From Nitrospinales bacterium (GTDB lineage Bacteria > Nitrospinota > Nitrospinia > Nitrospinales > VA-1), in contig OZ253496.1 of the NCBI GenBank assembly GCA_965262115.1, positions 256,001 to 320,000 of the forward strand: a stretch of 64,000 bases of DNA, written 5' to 3'. Shown piece after piece: positions 1 to 9,851 of this stretch. The position numbers and the translations under genes were made by a program. The number at the start of each line of letters is the position of its first letter. Within the stretch, counting starts at the first letter, position 1. A model generated the notes under the pieces. The model was not told the DNA's origin. It searched no databases and saw only the letters and a list, made by a program, of their open reading frames with translations.

Positions 1-934
1 CCAGATTAGGGAAATATTTATTCTGATTATTGACCACGTGTAGCGCCGCAAGGAACTCTGCATAAAAATTCTGCGAGGCAAAACCAAAGGTTCGGCTTTT
101 ATAGTTGTTTACTATTTCGACAAAGTTGCTTCCGAACCTTTTTTTTGCACGCTTCATTCCCTGCAAACCATGGTTATAAGCCGTAATTGCCAAAGGCCAT
201 GAACCCACACTTTCAAAATTCTTTTTTAGCAATTTTGCGGCACCATGAGTCGCCATTATCGGGTCCCGTCTCTCATCCACATCATACCCAACGCGCATGA
301 ACAAGCGACCTGTGCCACGGGTGAACTGCCAAATTCCCGCCGCTCCCGCGCTTGAATAAGCCCCGATTTGAAAAGAGGATTCAACATGCGGAAGGACACT
401 CAGTTCCTTTGGGAGCTTGTATTGCTTAAATATTCTTTGAATTTCCCTTAAATACAGGCCTGATCGTTCAATGCCTTCCCGAAATCTATCTTTTTGGCCG
501 AGCTGGGCGCGTATATTCCTAGATGCTCTGTAAAAGTCATTTCTCACCAACTTAAAAACTCTTTTTTCCTCACCCTTCAAGCCCGCCTTATTTTTAGTTT
601 TTGCGATCTTGCGCAAAATAGTTTTGTATTTTGCTTTGATCTTCTTCAGCTTGCGCTCCCGCGCTCTTCGGGATAATGGCTTTTCCCCTAGATAGACAAC
701 TTCATAAATAATATCAAGGTCTCTAATATCATGGACCACTGCATGTTTAGTGCTGTACTCCGAGTAAATCTTCTTCCAAAATGCAACTTTGTTTTGAAGA
801 CCATGAGGGGTAGTAAAATGATATTTGCTCAGGGTATGAACTTCATGCGGGAGGCTGGCACTTGAATTTCCAGGAAACCAAGAGGCCGACAAGAAGACAA
901 GGGAGACAATGAGGATTCTAATAGATTTTAGCAA
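1..934 (-). CDS. Lytic transglycosylase (SLT/MltD-like), 3' end off window
   Basis: Hand translation from TTG at 934 gives a signal-like N-terminus (MLKSIRILIVSLVF) and SLT motifs LPHVESSF, SSAGAAGIWQF, LAITAYNHG. Not in the ORF track because it runs off the edge. Confidence 0.85.
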   Translation of the reverse strand, partial: MLKSIRILIVSLVFLSASWFPGNSSASLPHEVHTLSKYHFTTPHGLQNKVAFWKKIYSEYSTKHAVVHDIRDLDIIYEVVYLGEKPLSRRARERKLKKIKAKYKTILRKIAKTKNKAGLKGEEKRVFKLVRNDFYRASRNIRAQLGQKDRFREGIERSGLYLREIQRIFKQYKLPKELSVLPHVESSFQIGAYSSAGAAGIWQFTRGTGRLFMRVGYDVDERRDPIMATHGAAKLLKKNFESVGSWPLAITAYNHGLQGMKRAKKRFGSNFVEIVNNYKSRTFGFASQNFYAEFLAALHVVNNQNKYFPNL

Positions 935-1167
935 TTGCCGACTTTCTATTCTAAAAGAATTGTTTTGTAATATATCTTTTGCGACCAAAAAAAAAGACCG
1001 CCGGATGACAAGTTTATTTACTTTTGCGTTCCCAGTAAAAAAATTCAGTAACGCTTTGAATTCAAAGGATATCAAAGCCAAAACATCAGGTCAAGACAAA
1101 TCGTGGCTCTGTCGGTATTTCATGGTTTTATTTCTCCCAAAGCATATTGTTGCTATGACACCAGATT

Positions 1168-1458
1168 TTATGAGGCTTGTTGTTTTTTCGGATATTCATC
1201 GTTCAAGTGATAGACCCAGGCGAGAAGTTCCCGATTATTTTATACAAGGATTCCGGAATTTTCTGGCCAACATCTATCTTTTCCAGCAATTCAATCAGGT
1301 CCTTAGTCTTTTTTGATGGGGATATTTTGTTCCTGGGCCATAGCGATGATTTTCTCAGCGACTCAGCCTTGCCCTTTAGCCGTTACTTTGGGTGCGCGGT
1401 CACTGCCCCGAACGTATTGAAGAGATACTGCAAAATGTTTTGTCCTGTTCTGTTTCAT
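1168..1458 (-). pseudogene. FlhB C-terminal-like (EscU/YscU/HrcU family, YlqH-type) pseudogene
   Basis: MKQNRTKHFAVSLQYVRGSDRAPKVTAKGQG*VAEKIIAMAQEQNIPIKKD / KDLIELLEKIDVGQKIPESLYKII / ELLAWVYHLN. In-frame TGA at 1363-1365 plus two frameshifts (~1305, ~1232). Confidence 0.85.
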
Positions 1459-1620
1459 GTCTTGACATTCACCCGTGAGGTATTTTGACTAACCAGCAAT
1501 TCGATAAGGCTGTCTTTTATGCGGGTGACAGTGGCATTTATCACGCGGTTTGGGGCTTCCGGTGTTTGAGAAAACTCTTGAACCCTAAATTGTCTGGAAA
1601 TTGCTTTCCCTCTGGAGGTT
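1455..1620 (-). pseudogene. Possible 3' remnant of a FliK-like gene
   Basis: Open frame ending ...DSLIELLVSQNTSRVNVKT* overlaps the flhB-like ATG (ATGA). No start codon found. FliK-like genes commonly precede ylqH-type genes. Confidence 0.3.
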
Positions 1621-1692
1621 GGGACGCAGAATTATAGGGGAAAATTCTTTATTTGCAAATGGTTGTGTGATAGATGGGGAATGCTGGTGGGG

Positions 1693-2013
1693 TCAGGCAA
1701 CGATATTTATTTTCCCTCGATAAGGGTCTTCGGGAAGGGGTGGTTCATGACTGTCGTCTTCATTGAAAGACTGATTTTTCTTACGGACTCTAACACGTTT
1801 CTTGGCGTGGGCTTGAGGGTCGGTTTCCTCTAGGAAATGGGTAGGATCCATATCCTGCACCTGACTACGCTTCAACTCGTCATCCCGTTGCCGCTCCTTA
1901 TCAGCCTGTTGTGCCGTAACATTGGACAGGGTTTGCAGGGTCTGCTGGAGTTTTTCCGTATGTGTTCCCATCTGCAGAATCTGCTGCGTATTAACGGGAG
2001 GTGTTGAAGGCAT
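1693..2013 (-). CDS. Hypothetical protein in flagellar relic cluster
   Basis: 106-aa Gln-rich ORF with ATG start, between fliL and the flhB-like gene. Confidence 0.6.
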   Translation of the reverse strand: MPSTPPVNTQQILQMGTHTEKLQQTLQTLSNVTAQQADKERQRDDELKRSQVQDMDPTHFLEETDPQAHAKKRVRVRKKNQSFNEDDSHEPPLPEDPYRGKINIVA

Positions 2014-2091
2014 GATTGAGACCTGAATAATTAATCACAATGTGCACTAAATACAGGCAGCTAACAGGATAAGTCAAGGTCGAAGGAAATT

Positions 2092-2695
2092 TTACTTGAC
2101 CATGAAATGGAAAAAAAAGACATCGGTAATTGTTCCGGTACCGCTTAATAGCAAAGCGTTGGAGGCAGTCAGAATTTCTTTTTTGATTCTCTCTTCGGTT
2201 CGGGATTGTTTAAGGGTAAAGTCGGCAGACCGCTTTCTTCCAAGAATATTATAAATATTTTTTCTCACCAGAGGAAGTACCTTGTTAAGGTCATTGTCCA
2301 ACACAGCATTACTCAATAAAAGGTTTACAGATATGAATCGACCTGTTTCCCTACCCTCATCAAGAATAGGGAGAAAAAAAGGCTCCAACTTATAAATATG
2401 GACCTTTTTAACTTTGAACTCTTCCTCTTTCTTCAGTAATCTCCTCTTCGACGACCTGTTCCTCTAACGAAACCACCTCTTCCTCTTTATCTCCCATGAA
2501 AAAAAATGCCCCTGCCCCGATGACCAGGACTCCACCGCCAGAAATCATCAGGAGCTTTTTGTTCGCGAGAATTTTCTGGAGTTTTCCCTTCAGGCCACCC
2601 GCCTCAGCCTCTCCACCACCAGTATCATCTAAGAGGCGTTCAAGTTCCGCCGCCTCATCGGTAGATAGCTCCTCTTTTTCCTGGTCTTCAGCCAT
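2092..2695 (-). pseudogene. fliL: Flagellar basal body-associated FliL, frameshifted
   Basis: ORF 2408-2695 (acidic N-terminus plus TM helix) and ORF 2092-2388 (YKLEPFFL...IYNILGRKR...ITDVFF) join via a frameshift in the GAA-rich tract near 2430. Confidence 0.8.
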
Positions 2696-2782
2696 TTCTC
2701 ATTGTCCGATCATATTAGTCTAAAGAATGTAACGGTATTATAGCCCAAGAACTAAATATCTAACTATTGAGTTATCTGCTCT

Positions 2783-3388
2783 TTATGAAATTTCAAGAAG
2801 TTTGGCATAAAGTTCCTGAACCCTTTTCTTAAGATCCTCCGGTTTCGATTCATTGTCCAGAATAAAGTCCGCATATTTGTTTTTTTCTTCAAGGCTCATC
2901 TGATTTTTGATTCGGGCGACAGCCTGGTCGTAGCTCAAGGAACCCCGGCTTAGAATACGTTGAACTTGGCAATTCTCACTGGATTTAACGACAATTACCT
3001 TGTCCACATTCTTATGGTTTCCAGATTCGATCAAGAGAGCCGCATCAATGATGACGATCGCAGAAGGGTCTGCTATCTTGATTTTTAAATATATTTCCCG
3101 CTCTTTCTCAAAAACTTTTGGGTGAAGAATTGCCTCTAAAGCAGATTTTTTTCCAGGATCCTGAAATATGATTTCGGCCAGCTTTTCCCGATCCAGATTC
3201 CCCGTAGAATTCAAAATGAGTTCACCAAAAAAACTGACAATTTCATTTAATGCGGGCTGTCCCGGTCGGACCAAATCCCTGCACAATTTATCAGCATCTA
3301 TGATGCGGGCGCCCAGTTCCTCAAAAATTTTTGCGGCCAAACTTTTTCCTGAGCCGATCCCGCCTGTTAGGCCTACAAGTAAAGACAC
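2783..3388 (-). CDS. coaE: Dephospho-CoA kinase
   Basis: VGLTGGIGSGKS, IIDAD, LEAILHPKV, DAALLIE, RIKNQM. Confidence 0.97.
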   Translation of the reverse strand: MSLLVGLTGGIGSGKSLAAKIFEELGARIIDADKLCRDLVRPGQPALNEIVSFFGELILNSTGNLDREKLAEIIFQDPGKKSALEAILHPKVFEKEREIYLKIKIADPSAIVIIDAALLIESGNHKNVDKVIVVKSSENCQVQRILSRGSLSYDQAVARIKNQMSLEEKNKYADFILDNESKPEDLKKRVQELYAKLLEIS

Positions 3389-3393
3389 AAGGA

Positions 3394-4251
3394 TTATACT
3401 TTCTTTGTTAATAGGTCGTCATACAGCCGCAGGAGTTTTAGAGTGATTGGCCCGGGTTTTCCCAATCCAACAGGCCGACCATCCAGATGTGAAACCGGCA
3501 TCACCCTTTTAAGGGTTCCCGTCAGGAATATTTCATCGGCTTTAAAAAGTTCCTCGCCGGGCCATTCCCCTTCCTCCATATGAAATCCATTTTCTTTAGC
3601 CAGTTGAATCACCATTTCCCGGGTAATTCCTGAGAGAATTCCACAATCCACAGAAGGAGTGAGGATATGGCCTTCACAAACAAAGAACAGGTTACTAGTG
3701 GTTCCTTCGGTCAAATATCCCCATGGATTGACCATGATGGCATCCTGCGCCCCAAGCTTCTCCGCCTCCATTTTTGCCAAAACATTGTTCAAATAATTCC
3801 CGGTTTTAATGTTTGGATTCAAGGCATCGCGCGGGTTCCTTTTTATAGAAACCAATGCAACCCGAATTCCTTTTTCATAACAGGATTTCGGATACTCTGT
3901 CACATCCATCACCATCAAAATTATATTGGGGTGTTCACAGGATGAGGGATCAATATTAATTTCCCCAACACCACGGGTGACAATAATTCTTATATAAGAT
4001 TCACAATTGCCCACTGCGTCCAGTGTGTATTCTAACTGTTCCTGGAACCATTCCTTATCATGCGGTATCTCTAATGAAATCGCCTCAGCCGAAGCATAAA
4101 GTCGAGTCAGATGCTTGTCTAAAAAGCAGGGCTGGTTGTTTAGGGTGCTAACCACTTCATAAACACTGTCGCCAAATAAAAAACCGTGATCCAAGACTGA
4201 AATATTCAGATGATCTTGGATTTCTCCATTAAAATTAAATTTTGTAGCCAT
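3394..4251 (-). CDS. Class IV PLP aminotransferase (IlvE/PabC/Dat family)
   Basis: DHGFLFGDSVYE, IKTGNYLNN, EGTTSNLF, GILSGITR. Confidence 0.92.
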   Translation of the reverse strand: MATKFNFNGEIQDHLNISVLDHGFLFGDSVYEVVSTLNNQPCFLDKHLTRLYASAEAISLEIPHDKEWFQEQLEYTLDAVGNCESYIRIIVTRGVGEINIDPSSCEHPNIILMVMDVTEYPKSCYEKGIRVALVSIKRNPRDALNPNIKTGNYLNNVLAKMEAEKLGAQDAIMVNPWGYLTEGTTSNLFFVCEGHILTPSVDCGILSGITREMVIQLAKENGFHMEEGEWPGEELFKADEIFLTGTLKRVMPVSHLDGRPVGLGKPGPITLKLLRLYDDLLTKKV

Positions 4252-4294
4252 CTTTTATCTGTGGAGTTTCAATTCATCCGATCTGTCAAAACGG

Positions 4295-4921
4295 TTACTT
4301 TTTACTAACCGATTTTAGGATCGCATTTAATTTTTCCCGGTCTTCGGGGGAATACTGATCCAGGGGTTTATCGTTATCCGGCAGTTTTTTCTTCAAATCA
4401 TCAAACGTGTCCTTCAGCTTTTTCATTTCTTTTAGCTCGTTGAATTTTTCTTTCAGGGCGCCCGGATCCTGGCTTACAAAATCTAAAACCTTTGCCAAAT
4501 ATGGAGCGGTGTAGGAATCTTTTGTGAACTTTTTAGCCACCTCAGGAAAGAACTGCAACGGAAAAGTAATGGCAACCAGAATGACCACGCCTTTGACTAA
4601 ACCTACAACGCCACCCAAAATCCTGTCGAGCGTCGAAAGATCGGTTCCGGACCAAAGTATTCCTTTGGCAATCTTGCCCATGAGAGAGATGATAATTGCG
4701 GTGACTATATAAATAGCTGCAAACGCTACTAATTTGGCTATTGGTTTGCTGGGAATACTCTCCATCAAAACCACGGCAACACTGCCTTGATATTTGACAG
4801 CCATTAGATATCCTCCAGCATATGCTAAAAGAGAGAATATCTCACGCACAAGCCCTTTCATTAAGGAGAAAATCAGGCAAAAACCCAGCACAACGGCAAC
4901 AAAAATATCAAAAGAGGTCAT
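4295..4921 (-). CDS. cvpA: CvpA family (colicin V production) membrane protein
   Basis: FDI...KGLVREIFSL, LDRILGGVVGLVKG, four TM helices. Confidence 0.9.
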   Translation of the reverse strand: MTSFDIFVAVVLGFCLIFSLMKGLVREIFSLLAYAGGYLMAVKYQGSVAVVLMESIPSKPIAKLVAFAAIYIVTAIIISLMGKIAKGILWSGTDLSTLDRILGGVVGLVKGVVILVAITFPLQFFPEVAKKFTKDSYTAPYLAKVLDFVSQDPGALKEKFNELKEMKKLKDTFDDLKKKLPDNDKPLDQYSPEDREKLNAILKSVSKK

Positions 4922-5463
4922 TTGAATTTTTCCGAAGATTCATTTTCATTCACTAAGATATTTTCTGTAAGCAAAGTCTGATCAAAAAGTAATTTAAATG
5001 AGGATGTGAATTTGGCAGGGTTTATGGACATCTCTTCCTGAATTTGAACCAGGTCGAAAAACGCCCCTTCGCTGATTTCTTCCGGATTAATTCGAATCGC
5101 ATCATCCGTGACGCAAGTATAAACCTGAACATGCTCCCCATAAGTCTCCTGACAGGCTGATATTTTAATGGAAGGCTTCAAAACAGCCTTTAAGTTAAGC
5201 TCTTCCCACAGTTCGCGATGGGCACAATCATCATAGGATTCCCCGGCATCGACATGCCCGGCCGAGGAGGTGTCCCACAGTCCCGGGTTTTCGTCCTTAC
5301 AGAGAGCCCGCTTTTGCAAAAACAATTCTTTGCTGGAATTAAAAACCATGATATGAACGGAACGGTGCAATAATTTATTTTGATGAATATGCTTCCGGGT
5401 GGCCTGCCCTATTATGCGGTCATTTTCATCGACAATATTATAAATTTCTTGCTCTACGCTCAT
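4918..5463 (-). CDS. NUDIX hydrolase (IDI/YfcD-like)
   Basis: LLHRSVHI, LQKR, AGHVDAGESYDDCAHRELWEEL Nudix box. Confidence 0.9.
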   Translation of the reverse strand: MSVEQEIYNIVDENDRIIGQATRKHIHQNKLLHRSVHIMVFNSSKELFLQKRALCKDENPGLWDTSSAGHVDAGESYDDCAHRELWEELNLKAVLKPSIKISACQETYGEHVQVYTCVTDDAIRINPEEISEGAFFDLVQIQEEMSINPAKFTSSFKLLFDQTLLTENILVNENESSEKFK

Positions 5464-5481
5464 GGAAAATTAAACTCAATA

Positions 5482-6798
5482 TCAAGTTTGGTCGGGACGC
5501 AGATAGCTTAATTGACGAGGGAATTCACCTTCTTCGCAATAATTATTCTGGGCTAAAAGTTTGGCATCATTAATGGCCTGCCGGGAACCTTCCAGAATTA
5601 CTTTTTGATAACCCTTGTCAGCCAGAAGACCTCCTGCCTGCAAAAGACTCATAACGGACATTGCGTTAAATTTTTGTTCATCAATAAGCATGTGCAATTC
5701 CCCCTCATGATGGCGGGCAATTAAGGAAATATAAGTTGAAGGTCTGGCATGAAAACCCAATGGTTGTGGGATGGGAACTTCGGCTCTCACGATTTCCACA
5801 AATCCCTTCAAAATCTCTTTTACCAGCTTGTCGCCTTCCTGGAGATAATATTTGCTGTAATGGAAACCAAAATTAATAATTTGTCCCAGCAAGGCCTCTT
5901 TATTCACTATCCTTGAAATTTGCTGCTTACACTCTCCATGACGAATGTCATCTTCATGGCGCTCATAAAAATGACAAAGCCAGAGGACCACCTCCAGAAG
6001 ATGAAGGGGCATGGAAATATACCCTCTCAAGTTTTTTAAATCCGCTTGGGATTGCTCCATACGGGTATTCTTGACATAGGTATCGTATTCGGACTGAACA
6101 CTATGGACCAGTTCCTTAAACATACGCACGACCTTTTCATTTAATATTGAGGGGATAACGTGGCGAAACGTCTCAAGTTTGTCACTTTTTTCGAACCCTA
6201 TCTTATTGATCATCTTTGCGACTTTCCGGTATTTTTGGCAGAGGTCTAATATTCTTTCCTGTTCTTCCTTCACTTCGTCTTCAAGAATAGTTCGTGGCAG
6301 GCGCTTATTGCTTTCTATATCATAAAACTCGTTCATTGAAAACAAGTCTTCGGGAATTTTTAAACCGTTTAACTGTCCTGTTTTGACAACTTCGGCCCTC
6401 AAACCCTGAATGGAAGTGTTCAGAAAATCGAGAGCCTTATTTGCCGCTTCATTGAAGGCCCGAAAATTTTCTTCTGATTCCCCGAGGCTATAGTAAGGGT
6501 ACCGGTCCAAAATATGTTTTATATAAAATGCAGCAATAGTAAGATTGCGAATACAAGCGACATATTCCGAAAAAAAGGACCATGTTTTGTTTTCTCGGGC
6601 ACCATGCTCATCTAGAACGCTTTCGAGATACTCCGTTTCCTGGATCAGACGGGAATATAACTTTCGGGAAATTTCTTTCCCACTTTCTGCCTTTTCACAA
6701 AATAAAGCACTGACCTTGAAAAATAGTTGGGAAGGTTCTTGAACAATCTGTAAAAACTCATCTTCAGAAATAATCTGAATAAGGGATTTGGCTTCCAT
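5482..6798 (-). CDS. Large helical protein with C-terminal HPr phosphocarrier domain
   Basis: C-terminal PLGFHARPST (His15 motif) and NAMSVMSLL (Ser46 motif). The ~335-aa N-terminus is unassigned. Confidence 0.8.
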   Translation of the reverse strand: MEAKSLIQIISEDEFLQIVQEPSQLFFKVSALFCEKAESGKEISRKLYSRLIQETEYLESVLDEHGARENKTWSFFSEYVACIRNLTIAAFYIKHILDRYPYYSLGESEENFRAFNEAANKALDFLNTSIQGLRAEVVKTGQLNGLKIPEDLFSMNEFYDIESNKRLPRTILEDEVKEEQERILDLCQKYRKVAKMINKIGFEKSDKLETFRHVIPSILNEKVVRMFKELVHSVQSEYDTYVKNTRMEQSQADLKNLRGYISMPLHLLEVVLWLCHFYERHEDDIRHGECKQQISRIVNKEALLGQIINFGFHYSKYYLQEGDKLVKEILKGFVEIVRAEVPIPQPLGFHARPSTYISLIARHHEGELHMLIDEQKFNAMSVMSLLQAGGLLADKGYQKVILEGSRQAINDAKLLAQNNYCEEGEFPRQLSYLRPDQT

Positions 6799-6878
6799 CT
6801 GCTTTACAACTCACTGGAAAGTTTTGGTTTATTCAAATGTTAAGCGACCACCAATAGTATACCCGCATAGTGCGCGGG

Positions 6879-7472
6879 TTAAAAGGCCACAGATTTGATA
6901 GAAAATTTTTGAGGCAGATATTTTTGCCAGATTTCAACATGGGAATCCGGCCCGGATGGAATCACAAAAGGTATAAACTGGTAATCCGGCTTTCTGGGGA
7001 GGTGGCGTAATCGCATGTCCACTTCCAAAGGGGTTCGATCACCTTTTTTAAGATTACAGGTTTTGCAGGCAACGACTATATTTGTCCAGTTGGTTTTTCC
7101 CCCGCGAGACTTTGGCACCACATGGTCTACTGTAAGAGGATGGCTAGACGCTCCACAATACTGGCAAGTGTAATTGTCTCTTCGTAGAATATTTTTTTTG
7201 CTAAATGCCAAACCCTTTTTGCGATTGCGCCGAACCATTTTTAAAACACGTATCACGGTTGGAAGCTCGAAACTGGTCGAGGGAGTGCGCACAGTATACC
7301 CGGAGCTATCCAATTCTTCAGCCCTGCCACCAAAAACCATAGTTATCGCATGACGAGCACTGCAAAACTGGAGCGGTTCATAGGAATAATTCAAAACCAG
7401 GCTTTTGAACGAATCGAGCATGTTTCCAAACCTCGAAAGCTGGAATAACTTGATTTGTCTTACCAAACCCAC
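6879..7472 (-). CDS. HNH endonuclease family protein (true start probably MLDSFK, slightly downstream)
   Basis: LVLNYSYEPL, RRDNYTCQYCG, TVDHVVPKSRGG, NIVVACKTCNLKKG. Confidence 0.92.
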   Translation of the reverse strand: MGLVRQIKLFQLSRFGNMLDSFKSLVLNYSYEPLQFCSARHAITMVFGGRAEELDSSGYTVRTPSTSFELPTVIRVLKMVRRNRKKGLAFSKKNILRRDNYTCQYCGASSHPLTVDHVVPKSRGGKTNWTNIVVACKTCNLKKGDRTPLEVDMRLRHLPRKPDYQFIPFVIPSGPDSHVEIWQKYLPQKFSIKSVAF

Positions 7473-7538
7473 ATTAATCCGAAAAATTTTACCCTTACGC
7501 CATCACCCTGTCAATAGCAAGAGATACAAAAACGGATT

Positions 7539-8957
7539 TTACAGGATATTTCCAGTCCCCAGCCGGTTAGCCGGGTCCAGGCAAGCTTTAATTTTTCTTA
7601 GATCATTCAAACCATCTGGCCCGATCATCTTCTCAAAATATTTTTTTTTCAGCTTACCAATACCATGTTCTGCGGAAACCGTCCCCCTCCATTCTAATAT
7701 CTGATCTACCATTTGTTCATAAACCTGTTTTGCCTTATCGATTTGAGATTCCTCCGGCAGAAGATTTATATGTATATGGTTATCCCCCAAATGCCCGAAC
7801 ATTACATAATCTAAGCCATTAACTTTAAGGGTTTTCTGATAAAACTCCATCATTGACATAAAAAATTTATCAGGAACAGCCATATCCGTACCCAGTTTAA
7901 CCCTGCCAGCTCGGCTATTTTCCTCATTTATAATTATCGGGACATCATGTCTGAAATCGTGGAACTTCTTAATATCCTTTGCCCCCTGAGCAAACCAGGA
8001 ATCATCAAGCATAATATTTTCTGCGCTTAAAAATTCATACCAGTTTTCCATTACCAAATCATAGTCCTTCATTTCAAGAACATCCTGCTCAAAAAACAAA
8101 GCCGCCCTTGCATGACTGGGTATGTTTGTATGTTTGCTTTTCAATTTTTCCAGAGCATTATGATCAAAATATTCTAGGGAACAGGGATCGATCTTTTGTC
8201 CTTTAAAGGATTTTATTTGGGGAATCAATTTCCAGCAGGATCGTTCCTCTGTAAAAAACAAAATTCCGCTCACAAAATCTGCCGGACAGGGTAACAAGCG
8301 TAGGACAATGTTTGTGAAGATGCCAAGCGTGCCGTCTGATCCAATAAATAAATCCAGCCAGTCCATGCCTGGGTGCACAAAATATCCTGCAGCGTTTTTG
8401 CATTCAGGGCTTCGGTAAGAAATATCCGGGAACACTATTTGGCTGCCATCCTCAAACTTGAGCGGCTCGGTAATTTTCAACCCTCGATTGAGGACAGTTT
8501 TCCTTCCATCCAGTAAAACCAGCTCAACCTCTTCAACAAACTCACGGGTGACGCCATATTTATAGCTCCGCGATCCAGAAGCATTAGTCGCCAGGGTGCC
8601 CCCCAAAGATGCCCATGTTTCGGTGGGATTGGGCGGGTAAAACCAGCCAGTAGGGATCAAAAAACTTTGTAACTCATTTAATGTTACCGCTGGGCCGACC
8701 TGTATTCTGCCCTCTTTCGCTTCCCCAATTTTGCTCAACAGCTCCAAAGAAACTATGATTCCTCCGGATGGAATACGAGAGGCGGTCAGTCCCGTTCCTG
8801 CCCCGGCAATCGTAACCGGACGGGTTTCATTTTGCAGGAAAATGGCCAGATCATCTGAAGTTTCAGGAATAACAACTTCTTCCGCACTTCCCCCGGAAAA
8901 ATTTGAAGCATCCATTAGATATGGAGCTATGAATGCAGGTTCCGTTTTTCTGATCAT
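7539..8957 (-). CDS. FAD-linked oxidoreductase (GlcD/D-lactate dehydrogenase family)
   Basis: GAGTGL, LGGTLATNASG, FIGSDGTLGI, GHLGDNHIH, SAEHGIGKLK. Confidence 0.92.
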   Translation of the reverse strand: MIRKTEPAFIAPYLMDASNFSGGSAEEVVIPETSDDLAIFLQNETRPVTIAGAGTGLTASRIPSGGIIVSLELLSKIGEAKEGRIQVGPAVTLNELQSFLIPTGWFYPPNPTETWASLGGTLATNASGSRSYKYGVTREFVEEVELVLLDGRKTVLNRGLKITEPLKFEDGSQIVFPDISYRSPECKNAAGYFVHPGMDWLDLFIGSDGTLGIFTNIVLRLLPCPADFVSGILFFTEERSCWKLIPQIKSFKGQKIDPCSLEYFDHNALEKLKSKHTNIPSHARAALFFEQDVLEMKDYDLVMENWYEFLSAENIMLDDSWFAQGAKDIKKFHDFRHDVPIIINEENSRAGRVKLGTDMAVPDKFFMSMMEFYQKTLKVNGLDYVMFGHLGDNHIHINLLPEESQIDKAKQVYEQMVDQILEWRGTVSAEHGIGKLKKKYFEKMIGPDGLNDLRKIKACLDPANRLGTGNIL

Positions 8958-8966
8958 TGGATTCTT

Positions 8967-9569
8967 CTAGAGGCGGGAGGATTCCATCAAACCATCTGCC
9001 TGAGGAGGTAAAAATCCCTGATAGCCGTTATGCCGCTCTATCAATTCCAGAACGGTAAAGGCCTTGCCCTTTTTGATTTCCGGCTGGGTAAAAATCTGCC
9101 GCAGATCTGTTTTTGGGTCACCCGCAATCTTGTCGGCAAACTCTATCCCATGGGTCTTCATTTTGTCGATGGCGTGCTCAATCTCCTCAACCAAAATGGC
9201 GATATGATGAAAAGATTGATCACCATGTGCATGGACCCAATCCGGGATCAGGCTGGACTCACCCCGCTTGCCCTCAAAAGCCTGATCGACAAATAAGCTT
9301 GGGTAACCTGGTTTTCTGTAAACCTTTGCCCACCAGCTATCGAATTCCAGAACGCCCAGGGACTGGTCCTCGGAAAAATCAAGAGGAAAAAGGTCTTCAG
9401 CACGTGTGTCTACATCGAGAGTCCGTAGAGTGCAGTGATCGATTAGGGGCATCAGGCCGACACCACAATTCGAGAGATCATTTGCCATGCAACGCGCAGC
9501 CTTATTTTCAGATAAGAACCGACTGATGTATTCAGCGAAAAAGACATCGGTTTGTTTATCCGATTCCAT
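8967..9569 (-). CDS. VOC/glyoxalase-fold (HPPD-like) protein
   Basis: IDHCTLR, FHHIAILVEEIE, LRQIFT, LELIERH. ATG at 9569 preferred because a small ORF occupies 9571-9729. Confidence 0.8.
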   Translation of the reverse strand: MESDKQTDVFFAEYISRFLSENKAARCMANDLSNCGVGLMPLIDHCTLRTLDVDTRAEDLFPLDFSEDQSLGVLEFDSWWAKVYRKPGYPSLFVDQAFEGKRGESSLIPDWVHAHGDQSFHHIAILVEEIEHAIDKMKTHGIEFADKIAGDPKTDLRQIFTQPEIKKGKAFTVLELIERHNGYQGFLPPQADGLMESSRL

Positions 9570-9570
9570 A

Positions 9571-9729
9571 TTATGAGTTATCGCCAGGTGGAGAGTTTTC
9601 TTCATTTGTATCCTGTCGGCGTTTCTCTTCTATTTTTGGCTGATTGTGGATGAATTTCGCGTATTTGATCATTAAAACCATCATCCCCACAGAAAACAAA
9701 GCTGCCAATGCTAAAAACAGGTTATCCAC
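9571..9729 (-). CDS. Small single-TM protein (52 aa)
   Basis: GAGGAG RBS then GTG: MDNLFLALAALFSVGMMVLMIKYAKFIHNQPKIEEKRRQDTNEENSPPGDNS*. Stop lies 1 nt before the next ATG. Confidence 0.6.
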   Translation of the reverse strand: MDNLFLALAALFSVGMMVLMIKYAKFIHNQPKIEEKRRQDTNEENSPPGDNS

Positions 9730-9821
9730 TCCATCTCCTCTCAATAAATAAGGTTTACACTATTATATCACCACAGCAAAGGCCATGAAAGCGAGAGAGT
9801 AGCCAATTCTGGGAGTCCAGC

Positions 9822-9851
9822 TTGACAGTTACCTTGAAGTCTAAGTATCCT
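9822..9851 (+). promoter_or_regulatory. Sigma70-like promoter of the AAA ATPase operon
   Basis: TTGACA (9822-9827), 18 nt spacer, TATCCT. Confidence 0.5.

Noticed and set aside
6879..7472. HNH protein as part of a defence or restriction system
   Set aside because: Widespread stand-alone family (LVLNxSYEP N-terminus), with no methylase or defence neighbours.
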